From positions 68,889 to 132,888 of the forward strand of contig JBAYLA010000001.1 in the NCBI GenBank assembly GCA_041664285.1: DNA of 64,000 nt, read 5' to 3'. Positions 1-9,389 of the stretch are shown in pieces. Position numbers and translations under genes: made by a program. Within the stretch, counting starts at the first letter, position 1. Each line of letters opens with the position of its first letter. This DNA is from Minisyncoccota bacterium (GTDB taxonomy: Bacteria; Patescibacteriota; Minisyncoccia; Phycocordibacterales; UBA9973). The notes below the pieces were generated by a model that saw nothing but the letters and a program-made list of their open reading frames with translations, did not search any database and was not told the DNA's origin.

Positions 1-282
1 TAAATCATAATCAACTTTCACCCAATCTGCTCTTTCTTTTAGATATGCCCTAACTTTTTCATGTTCAGGATTTTTACTGAAACGTTCTATGGCCTCAACA
101 CTTTCAAAGGAAGACACTTGGGCAAAATCATAAAATTTATCTGACTTTTTTCTTTGCACTCCTATCTCCCATTCTATAATTTCAGGGATTTTTTTTAAAG
201 CTTTAAGCATTTCTATCCCTTTATTTTTTTCTTCCTCACTTATTCCTTGTTTAAATTTAAAAAGCAAAATGTGTTTAATCAT
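1..282 (-). CDS. Dabb-type stress-responsive alpha/beta-barrel protein (partial; C-terminus lies beyond the window start)
   Basis: Minus-strand ORF starting at the ATG at 280-282 and still open at position 1. Translation MIKHILLFKFKQGISEEEK...VEAIERFSKNPEHEKVRAYL has the Dabb-like pattern. Confidence 0.45.
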   Translation of the reverse strand, partial: MIKHILLFKFKQGISEEEKNKGIEMLKALKKIPEIIEWEIGVQRKKSDKFYDFAQVSSFESVEAIERFSKNPEHEKVRAYLKERADWVKVDYDL

Positions 283-420
283 AATTTTATTATAACCTAA
301 AAAGTACTAAAGGTGTATTTGAATAAATCATAATTTATGATAAAAAATAGTTTATCGTTATATATGATATAATCATAAAAAATATGGAAATAATAAACGA
401 AAGAATAACAAAATATCCTA

Positions 421-1629
421 ATGAAAAATAAATTTATAATTTCACCAAAGATTATAATCCTTTTTACTGTGTTTTTAGATGTACTTGGATTAGGGGTTAT
501 TATTCCGATTTTACCATTTTACGTTGAGTCTTTTCATGTCTCTGGGATAGTAGTCACTTCTTTGTTTGCAGTTTTTGCTTTATTTTCTTTTTTTAGTGCA
601 CCAATTTTAGGGGCAATTTCTGACAGAAAAGGAAGAAGGCCAGTTCTTTTGATAAGTCTAGCATCAAGTGCTGTTGGTTGGCTTATTTTTGCTTTTTCGA
701 ATACAATTTTTGGACTCTTTTTGGGAAGAATAATTGACGGATCAGCAGCAGGAAATATTTCAACTGCTCAAAATTATTTAGTTGACATAGCAAAAGACCA
801 AAAAGAAAGAACTAAAAACCTTGGACTAATAGGAGCAGTTTTCGGTGTAAGTTTTATTGTTGGGCCTTTAGTTGGTGGAGTTTTGTCGACGATAAGCATG
901 AAATTACCTTTTATCGTTGTTGGGATAATGGCCGTGTTAAATACAATACTTGCTTATTTCTTTTTACCGGAAACTCATCACAAGAGAAACACAGAGAAAA
1001 TTTCTTTAAATCCATTCTCACCGATTCTGAAAGCTTTTAAAAATAAAAATATTTTACCGCTTTACATGGCTTGGCTATTTTTTGGTATTGCAATTTCTCT
1101 CAATCAATCTATATTTGCCTTATATATTGCTAAAGTATTTTCTTGGACAGTCATAACCTCTGGATTTTTGATGGCCTTAGTAGGAGTAATAATATCTATC
1201 AATCAGGCTTTTGCTATTCAAAAAATTTGGCTTAAATATTTTAAGGAATCTTTTTTAATGATTTGGGTATTTATTCCTTTTGCATTTGGATACCTGATTA
1301 TGGCTATACCTTTTAAATTCGCTTTTTTACTCGGACTTATTATAACTGCTTTTGGGCAATCTTTAATGAGAGTAATAATGACTAGCCAGATAATAGGATT
1401 TTCTAAAAAAGAAGAACAAGGTGAAAATATGGGTATTCTCTCATCTATTATTTCTTTATCAATGATTTTAGGTCCATTATTTGGAGGATTTATTTACGAA
1501 ACACATCCCAGCTTTCCATTTATATTATCTGGAATAATTTTATTTATTACCTTTATTTTTATATTGAATACTTACAAAAAAATAAATCCACACGAGCATA
1601 TTGAAGTAGAGCCCGTAGAAGCAGTTTAA
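421..1629 (+). CDS. MFS transporter (DHA1/tetracycline-efflux-like)
   Basis: 402 aa with about 12 predicted TM helices. MFS motif A reads GAISDRKGRRPVLL and a second G-rich motif is present. Confidence 0.8.
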   Translation: MKNKFIISPKIIILFTVFLDVLGLGVIIPILPFYVESFHVSGIVVTSLFAVFALFSFFSAPILGAISDRKGRRPVLLISLASSAVGWLIFAFSNTIFGLFLGRIIDGSAAGNISTAQNYLVDIAKDQKERTKNLGLIGAVFGVSFIVGPLVGGVLSTISMKLPFIVVGIMAVLNTILAYFFLPETHHKRNTEKISLNPFSPILKAFKNKNILPLYMAWLFFGIAISLNQSIFALYIAKVFSWTVITSGFLMALVGVIISINQAFAIQKIWLKYFKESFLMIWVFIPFAFGYLIMAIPFKFAFLLGLIITAFGQSLMRVIMTSQIIGFSKKEEQGENMGILSSIISLSMILGPLFGGFIYETHPSFPFILSGIILFITFIFILNTYKKINPHEHIEVEPVEAV

Positions 1630-1678
1630 AAAATTATTTTTATATCTACAATAATAGATATAGAAATCCGAAAATGTG

Positions 1679-1749
1679 CTGGGAGACTTGGACTCGAACC
1701 AAGATAACATCCTCCAGAGGGATGTGTCCTACCATTAGACGATCTCCCA
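1679..1749 (-). tRNA. tRNA-Gln(CTG)
   Basis: Reverse complement folds as a cloverleaf: acceptor TGGGAGA/TCTCCCA, anticodon stem CATCC/GGATG with loop CTCTGGA (anticodon CUG), T-arm CTTGG-TTCGAGT-CCAAG. CCA is not encoded. Confidence 0.85.
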
Positions 1750-1826
1750 ATGGTTATTCATAAACAATAGTATAAAATTACGTTTTTATCAATTATTATT
1801 TTGATTGTTTATGATATAGTATATTA

Positions 1827-2507
1827 ATGAGCTTTGTTATAAAAACAACCACAAACGCAGAGGATCCTGCGAATTTTATTGTAGCTTCTATTTTTAAGCA
1901 ACTAGAATTAGGTAAACGGGTTTTGTTTTTTGTAACTGGTGGTTCATCTATTGATATTGGGGTGAAGGTTGCCAAACTTTTAGTAGATAATCCACGTCAA
2001 AATCTAACTCAAAACCTAACCATTATGTTGACTGACGAAAGATATGGACCAGTTTATCACCAAGATTCAAACTGGTATCAATTAATTCAAAAAGGCTTTA
2101 GTTTGCCACTGGCTAAAAGTATTCCAATTTTAACTGGTGATAGTCGTGAGATTACAACTGAAAAATTTAAAAAAAATATTGAAAGAGAATTTAAATTAGC
2201 CGAATATAAAATTGGTTTGTTTGGAGTGGGGGCAGATGGACATACCTCTGGAATTTTACCAGAAAGTGGCGCAGTCAATTCTGAGGATTTAGCTTATGGT
2301 TACGATACCCCAACTTTTTCTCGTATTACCACAACCCCTAAGGCTATAGAAAAATTAGATGAAGTGGTAGCTTGGATTCAAGGTAAAAATAAATGGAGCA
2401 TAGTGGAAAACTTACAAGAAAAGGATATTGATATCGCAAAACAACCAGCCCAAGTCTTAAAAAGAGTTTTATTGTTGACAATATTTACTGATTATAAAAA
2501 TAAATGA
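1827..2507 (+). CDS. pgl: 6-phosphogluconolactonase (DevB/Pgl type)
   Basis: GVGADGHTSGILPES matches the lactonase GxGxDGHTAS signature. The TGA stop overlaps the downstream zwf start (ATGA). Confidence 0.7.
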   Translation: MSFVIKTTTNAEDPANFIVASIFKQLELGKRVLFFVTGGSSIDIGVKVAKLLVDNPRQNLTQNLTIMLTDERYGPVYHQDSNWYQLIQKGFSLPLAKSIPILTGDSREITTEKFKKNIEREFKLAEYKIGLFGVGADGHTSGILPESGAVNSEDLAYGYDTPTFSRITTTPKAIEKLDEVVAWIQGKNKWSIVENLQEKDIDIAKQPAQVLKRVLLLTIFTDYKNK

Positions 2508-3538
2508 ATCAAACACAAACAACTTTAATTATTTTTGGAGCTTCTGGTGATTTATCAAGGCGGTATTTAATGCCGGCTATTAATAATTTGCAAAAAATGA
2601 ATTATGTGGATACGGTAGTTCCTATTTCTCGTAAAGATTATGGAAATTTGAGAAATTTAATTAAAGAGAGTGGGGAAAAAATATTTCATCTAGCGATTCC
2701 ACCCGAAGCCGTACCGGATGTTATAGAAATAATTAGCCATAATTTCGGTCAAGATAGAGTAAAAATAATCATGGAAAAACCCTTTGGTCGAGATTTAAAA
2801 TCTGCGCAAAACCTTGTACATCATATTGATAAATATTTTCTCGAGTATCAAATTTATCGAGTCGACCATTATTTGGCGAAAGAGTCTTTGCAAAATATAA
2901 TCAAAGAAAAATGGTCTAAAAATAATATTGCCAGTATTGAAATAATTGCCAGCGAAAAAATAGATATAGAAGGACGAGTTAATTTTTATGAACAAACTGG
3001 GGCATTAAAAGATGTTATACAAAGTCATCTTCTTGAAATGATTTCTGTGGTTTTGGCTGGAAGTTTTGAAACGGGTCGTCGGGAAGTTGCGTTAAAGAAT
3101 TTAGAAATTGTCTGCGACATTAGAAAACACGAGTGTGTCAAAAGAGGGCAGTATGAGGGCTACCGCGAGGAAGTAAATAATCAAAATAGCACAACAGAAA
3201 CATTTGTATCAATTAATTTAGCATCAAATGAACCTGCTTGGCGTGGAGTATCCATAGTTCTTTCTGCGGGTAAAGCTTTTAATGAAAAATTGACCCAGAT
3301 AAAAATTAAATATAAAGATAGTAGTGAAAAGATTTTTAATATTGAACATGAACCAGAAGCCTATGAGCGAGTTATTAGGGCTGCTGTGTCAGGAAATCAT
3401 GATTTATTTATTTCAAGTGGTGAAGTGCTTGAAACTTGGAGAATTTTAGACGAGATACAAAAAATTTGGGAAAAAAATGTAGATGATTTAATAATTTACA
3501 AAAAGGGAAGTACTATAAATGAGGTTATAAAAATGTAA
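2504..3538 (+). CDS. zwf: glucose-6-phosphate 1-dehydrogenase, compact form
   Basis: N-terminal GASGDLSRR dinucleotide fold, MEKPFGRDLKSA, RVDHYLAKE (the RIDHYLGKE active-site motif) and FYEQTGALKDVIQSHLL. It is only 344 aa against the usual ~480 aa. Confidence 0.75.
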   Translation: MNQTQTTLIIFGASGDLSRRYLMPAINNLQKMNYVDTVVPISRKDYGNLRNLIKESGEKIFHLAIPPEAVPDVIEIISHNFGQDRVKIIMEKPFGRDLKSAQNLVHHIDKYFLEYQIYRVDHYLAKESLQNIIKEKWSKNNIASIEIIASEKIDIEGRVNFYEQTGALKDVIQSHLLEMISVVLAGSFETGRREVALKNLEIVCDIRKHECVKRGQYEGYREEVNNQNSTTETFVSINLASNEPAWRGVSIVLSAGKAFNEKLTQIKIKYKDSSEKIFNIEHEPEAYERVIRAAVSGNHDLFISSGEVLETWRILDEIQKIWEKNVDDLIIYKKGSTINEVIKM

Positions 3539-3562
3539 ATTTTTCTTTGGATATTCCCCCGA

Positions 3563-3592
3563 TTTAGAAAAAGACAAAAATCTGTGTTATAA
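3563..3592 (+). promoter_or_regulatory. extended -10 promoter (TGTGTTATAAT) upstream of the leader-poor gene at 3605
   Basis: tctgtgttataatggagaataataATG. A TGnTATAAT box sits about 12 nt before the start codon. Confidence 0.45.
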
Positions 3593-3604
3593 TGGAGAAT
3601 AATA

Positions 3605-4753
3605 ATGAATAAGAAAGTTTGGATTTTTCTAATAATTATATTGTTTGGGTTGTTTTTTTTATTTTTAGCCTTTCCGGGCTTTTTTGGTAATGCTGTTTCT
3701 TACCAAAGGGGTGATCAGGCAATAAATGCTGAAAAAAATGAAAACAAAAAAGGTGAATTAATTATTTTACCACTTGATACCATAGCTTATGATAAAAAAT
3801 TAAATGAAATAGCCAACAATCCTCCTGACCCCATTGTTTATAACACCATTAAAACTATTGAAAAAGACAAGAATGGTAAATCTATAACTAGAATTACTAA
3901 AGTTCCTCTTTCTCCGCAACCAATCAAAACACATCTTTGGCCCGTTAAAACTGTTTATCCGAACGACGGCGCTATTTTGCCGTTTTCTCGTATCATTGCT
4001 TATTATGGGAATTTATATTCGAAGAAAATGGGAGTACTAGGAGAGTATCCTGAAGCAGAAATGCTCCAAAAACTAGAAGCAGAGGTAAAAAAGTGGGAAG
4101 TGGCTGATCCAACAACTCCAGTTATTCCTGCTCTTCACTACATTGCTGTCGTGGCACAAGGTAGTGCTGGAATTGACGGCAAATATAGAGCCAGAATGCC
4201 TTCTTCTGAAATAGATAAAGTTTTAGCTATAGCTGCAAAAATAAACGCAATTGTCTTTTTGGATATACAGGTTGGTTTTTCTAATGTGCAGACAGAAGTT
4301 CCACTTTTGGCAAAATATCTTAAATTACCTAATGTGCATTTAGGTATTGATCCAGAATTTTCTATGAAGAGTGGCATTAGACCTGGTAAGGTTGTCGGCA
4401 CAGTAGACGCAACCGATATAAATTTTGCTTCTAATTATTTAGCCAATCTTGTGCGAGAAAATAATCTTTCTCCAAAAATTCTCATTATCCATCGCTATAC
4501 GCAAAAAATGGTTACAAATTATAAACAAATTAAAACATTACCAGAGGTGCAGATTATAATGCACATGGACGGATGGGGTGGAGAGGCAAAGAAAATTGGC
4601 ACTTATAGAAATTTTATTTATCCAGAGCCTGTACAGTTTACTGGTTTTAAATTGTTTTACAAGAATGATATTTTAACCAAAGGAACAACCTTAATGACTC
4701 CATCTAGCCTTTTAAAATTAAATCCAATACCGATATATATACAATATCAATAG
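3605..4753 (+). CDS. secreted hypothetical protein, possibly a TIM-barrel glycoside-hydrolase-like fold
   Basis: N-terminal TM/signal segment. No motif I can name with confidence. Ends with a TAG stop. Confidence 0.45.
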   Translation: MNKKVWIFLIIILFGLFFLFLAFPGFFGNAVSYQRGDQAINAEKNENKKGELIILPLDTIAYDKKLNEIANNPPDPIVYNTIKTIEKDKNGKSITRITKVPLSPQPIKTHLWPVKTVYPNDGAILPFSRIIAYYGNLYSKKMGVLGEYPEAEMLQKLEAEVKKWEVADPTTPVIPALHYIAVVAQGSAGIDGKYRARMPSSEIDKVLAIAAKINAIVFLDIQVGFSNVQTEVPLLAKYLKLPNVHLGIDPEFSMKSGIRPGKVVGTVDATDINFASNYLANLVRENNLSPKILIIHRYTQKMVTNYKQIKTLPEVQIIMHMDGWGGEAKKIGTYRNFIYPEPVQFTGFKLFYKNDILTKGTTLMTPSSLLKLNPIPIYIQYQ

Positions 4754-4771
4754 AATTGGTTATAATAGGGT

Positions 4772-5020
4772 ATGGACGAATTTAAGAAACAACAATTAAA
4801 TTTAAAAAATACAGAAGAAATACAAACAGAGCTTAATCTTAGGCCTGACGATGAAGTAAAGGAATATTTAAGAAAAGAACTTAGAAAAGCAAGAGATAAC
4901 GGCATAAGCCACAATGATTTTGTTGATGGTCTTAATCCCCAATACAGTAAATTTTTAGCTGAAATTGACGCAGAAGACAGAGAAGGTGATCAGCCTTATC
5001 CTCCTAAAAGAAAAAATTAA
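4772..5020 (+). CDS. hypothetical protein
   Basis: 82-aa charged ORF with good coding look. No recognizable motif. Confidence 0.3.
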   Translation: MDEFKKQQLNLKNTEEIQTELNLRPDDEVKEYLRKELRKARDNGISHNDFVDGLNPQYSKFLAEIDAEDREGDQPYPPKRKN

Positions 5021-5023
5021 AAT

Positions 5024-5425
5024 ATGGATTCTCAAGAAGAAAAAAAGGCGTGGAAGGAAGCTGGACATAGTCAAAGATTTTCAAACATGTTTCGAGGAAT
5101 GTATGTTTTTTGGATGACAACTAATAATTTATTTAGATATATAACACCGATAGCAATTTTAGTCGTGATAATTTTTGGATTTTATTTTCATGTTTCTGGT
5201 GTTGAATGGACTGCATTAGTTTTTGCGATTAGTTTTGTAATTATTTCTGAAGTATTTAATACAGCCATTGAGATAGATATAGATTTAACTTCTCCTGGGT
5301 ATCATCCTTTTGCGCGAGATACGAAAGACGTAGCTGCTGGCGCAGTACTGCTATCAATTATTACCTCAGTGGTGGTTGGACTGATTATCTTTTTACCTAA
5401 AATTCTTTTATATGTTAGAATATAA
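5024..5425 (+). CDS. dgkA: diacylglycerol kinase / undecaprenol kinase (DgkA family)
   Basis: NTAIEIDIDL and ARDTKDVAAGAVLL motifs, with 3 TM helices, typical of prokaryotic DAGK. Confidence 0.75.
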   Translation: MDSQEEKKAWKEAGHSQRFSNMFRGMYVFWMTTNNLFRYITPIAILVVIIFGFYFHVSGVEWTALVFAISFVIISEVFNTAIEIDIDLTSPGYHPFARDTKDVAAGAVLLSIITSVVVGLIIFLPKILLYVRI

Positions 5426-5430
5426 ATAGT

Positions 5431-5817
5431 ATGATGAATGATAAAAGAAATATAAAAATTTTTGTTTTAGTGGTTGGTTTTTTAATTTTAGGAACAATTG
5501 CTGTTGTGTTATTTAGATCAAACAGTAATTCTGTTAATTATGATGCCTTTGCAACTTGTCTAAAAGATAAAGGAGCAATTTTTTATGGGACTTTTTGGTG
5601 TCCACATTGTCAAGCAGAAAAAAAACTTTTTGGTTCTTCTGAAAAATTATTGCCTTATGTTGAATGTTCTACTCCTGATGGACGGAGTCAGATGCAAATT
5701 TGTAAAGATAATAAAATAGAAAGTTATCCGACTTGGACATTTGCAGATGGTTCAGAACTAAAAGGGGAAGTTACGCTTCAGCAATTAGCCGATAAAACTT
5801 CTTGTATATTGCCTTAA
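5431..5817 (+). CDS. membrane-anchored thioredoxin-fold oxidoreductase (DsbA/Bdb-like)
   Basis: N-terminal TM anchor followed by a WCPHCQ CxxC active site. Confidence 0.6.
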   Translation: MMNDKRNIKIFVLVVGFLILGTIAVVLFRSNSNSVNYDAFATCLKDKGAIFYGTFWCPHCQAEKKLFGSSEKLLPYVECSTPDGRSQMQICKDNKIESYPTWTFADGSELKGEVTLQQLADKTSCILP

Positions 5818-6380
5818 AAATAATTATGAGCACAGAATCAGTATATTATTTAAATATTTTTCTTGGAGGAGGGGCCATTGCTCTGCAGGTTTTTTCAGTT
5901 ATTGCTCTAATTTTGCTTTTTTTTAGACCCTCAGAAAATAGGAAAAATTTTTACCTAGATTTTATCAATAAACATTTTTTAATTTTGGTTTTTCTAATTT
6001 CGTTAATGGCTTCAATTTTTCCTCTAGTATATTCTGAAATTATTCGTTTTGTTCCGTGTTATTTATGTTGGTGGCAGAGAGTTTTTATGTTTCCTTTGGT
6101 GTTAATGTTTGGAGTAGCTCTCTGGGATAAAGATAGAAAAATTATTCGATACGCATTACCTCTAGTTTGTGTGGGTTTTCTTATTTCTCTTTATCAGAAT
6201 TTCTTTTATTATTTTGGAGAAAATTCAAATTTACCATGTGATGCGTCTGGAGTATCTTGTTATCAGCATTTAGTTTCTGTCTTTGGTGGGTATATATCAA
6301 TTCCAATGCTTGCATTGACCGCCTTCTTTGCTCTTTTAACTTTATTAGCTGTTGCTCATTTTTATAAAAAAGAGGTATAA
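5802..6380 (+). CDS. disulfide bond formation protein B-like (DsbB/BdbC family)
   Basis: Four TM helices. The first periplasmic loop carries the VPCYLCWWQR Cys pair and a later loop carries CDASGVSC. Confidence 0.6.
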   Translation: MYIALKIIMSTESVYYLNIFLGGGAIALQVFSVIALILLFFRPSENRKNFYLDFINKHFLILVFLISLMASIFPLVYSEIIRFVPCYLCWWQRVFMFPLVLMFGVALWDKDRKIIRYALPLVCVGFLISLYQNFFYYFGENSNLPCDASGVSCYQHLVSVFGGYISIPMLALTAFFALLTLLAVAHFYKKEV

Positions 6381-6580
6381 TTAGATTATTAATTTAACTA
6401 AGATAGCGTCGTGCTTTAGTGGACATTATGCGACGTGATTCTGCAAAATCATATGGGAAAAGGAAATAATTCATATCGAAAGGATGTAAAAAAACCCAAG
6501 AAAGCAAAAAAGAAATAATTGAGAAAGGTCGATTACTGTTTTTTAATTTTTTTAAATATCTCGCTTTTATTAATCGTTGC

Positions 6581-6859
6581 GTGATTTTATTTTATAAAAT
6601 AACTATGAATAAAAATAAAGTTGGTTTGATTGTGGGTTCTTTAATGGGCTTGTTTCATGCAGTTTGGGGATTGCTAGTTCTTCTTGGGTTAGCTCAATCA
6701 TTGTTGGATTTTGTTTTTAACTTACATTCATTAAATAGTCCATTTCTTGTGATGCCTTTTGATTTTGTTCGAACATTAGGCTTAATTGTGTTAACCTTTA
6801 TAGTAGGTTATGTTTTTGGTTTTATTTTTGCCCTAATTTGGAATAAATTTCATCAATAA
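6581..6859 (+). CDS. small hypothetical membrane protein
   Basis: 92 aa with 3 hydrophobic segments, followed by a terminator. Confidence 0.35.
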   Translation: MILFYKITMNKNKVGLIVGSLMGLFHAVWGLLVLLGLAQSLLDFVFNLHSLNSPFLVMPFDFVRTLGLIVLTFIVGYVFGFIFALIWNKFHQ

Positions 6860-6876
6860 ATTTTAAAATAAAGGCT

Positions 6877-6912
6877 CAAAAATCTCGAGTACAAGCTCGA
6901 GATTTTTATTTT
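6877..6912 (+). terminator. Rho-independent terminator
   Basis: aaaaatctcgag-tacaag-ctcgagattttta hairpin with a T-run. Confidence 0.6.
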
Positions 6913-6939
6913 ATAAGAAGATATTGTATAATAAAATAC

Positions 6940-7935
6940 ATGGATTTAGAAGGATTTGGAAAAACAACTAAAGAAAAAGTACATAGCACGCCAGAAAAAT
7001 TTAAAACCAAAGAGGGTGACATTACTTTAAAATGGAATATTTTTAAACCTGATAATTTTAAAAAAGGAGAAAACATAAAGCCTGACCGAGTAGTAATATT
7101 CTTGCCAGGAGTTGGTCTCGATTCTGATTCTTCTTCGGTGGTAGAGTCGGCTCAAGATTTTGCCAATGCATCAAAAACAATTTCTTATTCTATTTCTACT
7201 CGTACAGATAATCCTAAAATTGAAAATTCTCAAGCAGTTCAAGCAGAGGCAATTCGTCAATTTATGATTAGTCATAATTTGCAAGAAGTTACTCTGGTTG
7301 GTAATTCACAAGGCGCTAATAAGGCAATAGAACTAGCTGCTATTTTAGAGAAAGAAGAAGGTGGAGAAGCTAAGATTCAGGTTCGTGGGTTGATTTTGAC
7401 TAATCCTGCTGGTTTATATGAGCAAGATTCTAAAACAATGAAAACAAATTTTACTAAAGATGCCTTAATCAACACCCCTCAAAGTTGGCTAAAGAAGGGG
7501 GGTTCTCTTAGTGCTGTGGGTAGAACCATTCGCGTAGGGGCTGATATAGGTGTTTATATAGCAAAAGAAATAGTTACTGCTCCAGGTGAATTTACTGATA
7601 GGGCTAATAGAGAGGCAAAAGAAGCATCTATGCTTAATAACAATACCGCAGAAATTAAAGCACCAGTTGTTGTAGTTTTGGGTGCTGACGATCTTGTTTT
7701 TGATTCTAAAAAAATTATTCCTGATGATTCACATGGTCTTCATGAAGACCATGATAAAAGATTAGCTTTACAAAATAAAAGAAATGAAGCATTAAAAAAA
7801 ATATTTCCAAATAGTAGTAATATAAAAGTTTTAGAGGCTACTAAATCCTCCACTCATGGATTGCATTATGCCAGAAGTAGAACAGTGGCCAATGCAAGTA
7901 TTGAAATGTTAAAAAGAATGTCTGAGATTAAATAA
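6940..7935 (+). CDS. alpha/beta-hydrolase-like protein
   Basis: VTLVGNSQGANKAIE contains a GxSxG nucleophile elbow. Otherwise unassigned. Confidence 0.4.
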   Translation: MDLEGFGKTTKEKVHSTPEKFKTKEGDITLKWNIFKPDNFKKGENIKPDRVVIFLPGVGLDSDSSSVVESAQDFANASKTISYSISTRTDNPKIENSQAVQAEAIRQFMISHNLQEVTLVGNSQGANKAIELAAILEKEEGGEAKIQVRGLILTNPAGLYEQDSKTMKTNFTKDALINTPQSWLKKGGSLSAVGRTIRVGADIGVYIAKEIVTAPGEFTDRANREAKEASMLNNNTAEIKAPVVVVLGADDLVFDSKKIIPDDSHGLHEDHDKRLALQNKRNEALKKIFPNSSNIKVLEATKSSTHGLHYARSRTVANASIEMLKRMSEIK

Positions 7936-7959
7936 TAATTTAATAGAATTGAAACATAA

Positions 7960-8571
7960 ATGTTAGGGTTTACAAAAAAGGAATTGGTGTTAATGAAGAA
8001 ATTAAATACACCAGCCAAGGTGCAGGACTTTTTGAACAAACTTCAGTTCAATTTCGAAGAAAAAGGGGAAACATTGAAATCTCCGATTTTAGCTCTAAAG
8101 GCACGACAAGCCCATTGTTTTGAAGGAGCGCTTCTGGGGGCTTATATATTGTCTCTGCAAGGTTTTACCCCCTATTTGATGCATTTAAAGGCCACTAAAG
8201 AGGATTTTGACCATGTGGTCGCTCCTTTTAAAGTAGAGAAATATTGGGGTGCTTTATCTAAGACTAATCATGCGGTTTTGCGTTACCGTGAGCCTATTTA
8301 TAGAAATATTCGCGAACTTGCTATGTCTTATTTTCATGAATATTTTTTAAATAATGGGGAAAAAACATTGAGACAGTATTCTGCACTTCTTAATTTAAAT
8401 ACTTTGAAAAAAAATTGGGGCATATCACCAAAAGATCTTTGGTCTATAGATAAAAAATTAGATAAAATACAACATTATAATATCGTGCCACAATCTTATA
8501 TCAAGAAACTCCGAAAATCAGACAAGGTAGAAATAAAAGCAGGGGAGATTACAGAGTTTAAAAAATACTAA
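7960..8571 (+). CDS. hypothetical protein
   Basis: 203-aa ORF whose 3' end overlaps the convergent gene by 14 nt. Confidence 0.35.
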   Translation: MLGFTKKELVLMKKLNTPAKVQDFLNKLQFNFEEKGETLKSPILALKARQAHCFEGALLGAYILSLQGFTPYLMHLKATKEDFDHVVAPFKVEKYWGALSKTNHAVLRYREPIYRNIRELAMSYFHEYFLNNGEKTLRQYSALLNLNTLKKNWGISPKDLWSIDKKLDKIQHYNIVPQSYIKKLRKSDKVEIKAGEITEFKKY

Positions 8572-9376
8572 AAATTTTATCCCAAAATCTTCTCCACCAA
8601 GTATTTTTTGTAGTTTCATTTTGTGCGGGAACAGAAGGAACAGAATTTGCAATTGATGTAGTATTTTTGTCTTTAATTTTGTTTATTTTTTTAGGTTGCT
8701 CTTTAGGGTTTGCAGGCAAGATATCTCCCCCTTCTTCTTCAAAAGTTGTATTTGAAGAAGAAGGGGGAGTAAGTGTTGGATAAACAAGCAAAGGGGAAAG
8801 AATAAAAGAAGTACATGGTTGGCCAGTGGTTATGCTAAATTTTTGTCCTTGTTCGCAGATAGTATTTAATATTATATATCCGCTACCTCCACTATTACTG
8901 TGGGTAGAGGGGGTTTCTGGCTCTGGTTCTGGTATTTTGTTTTCATCTCCAAAATACAAAACAACATTTTCTCCTCCAGATAAAATTTCCGAATCCATTC
9001 CTACGCTTGGGCTAACATTATTTACTTTGTATTGCCAATTATCACACAAATCGGATCCAGAGACGTTGATACATTTCAAATAAAAAGCTCCAAACATATC
9101 ATAATAAATCAAATTAGAGATATTAAAATCTCCACTCAAAGTGTCGGCTGTATTTACTATCGAGAGCACACTGTCGGCCTTTGTATCGTGAGGACTTCCG
9201 CTTGAGTCATTTATACTGATGGTACCAGCTCCGAGCAAGGGTATATTTCCGGAATAAACAACATCACCGTTATTTTTTACAGTTAAATTTACATTTATTC
9301 CATCAGCTAGAGCAAACTCACTTCCTCCTGTTAGTAATATTAAAGCAATCCAAACACTCATTAAAATTTTTTTCAT
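8558..9376 (-). CDS. secreted DUF4430-like (transcobalamin / intrinsic-factor beta-domain-like) protein with Pro/Ser/Thr linker
   Basis: Signal peptide. NLTVKNNGDVVYSG ... DNWQYKVNNVSPSVGMDSEILSGGENVVLYFG matches the DUF4430 pattern (W.Y.VNG...G....l.dGD.v.f.y). The C-terminal half is PEPEPETPS-rich. Confidence 0.5.
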   Translation of the reverse strand: MKKILMSVWIALILLTGGSEFALADGINVNLTVKNNGDVVYSGNIPLLGAGTISINDSSGSPHDTKADSVLSIVNTADTLSGDFNISNLIYYDMFGAFYLKCINVSGSDLCDNWQYKVNNVSPSVGMDSEILSGGENVVLYFGDENKIPEPEPETPSTHSNSGGSGYIILNTICEQGQKFSITTGQPCTSFILSPLLVYPTLTPPSSSNTTFEEEGGDILPANPKEQPKKINKIKDKNTTSIANSVPSVPAQNETTKNTWWRRFWDKIFSIF

Positions 9377-9389
9377 ATTTTAATTTAAA

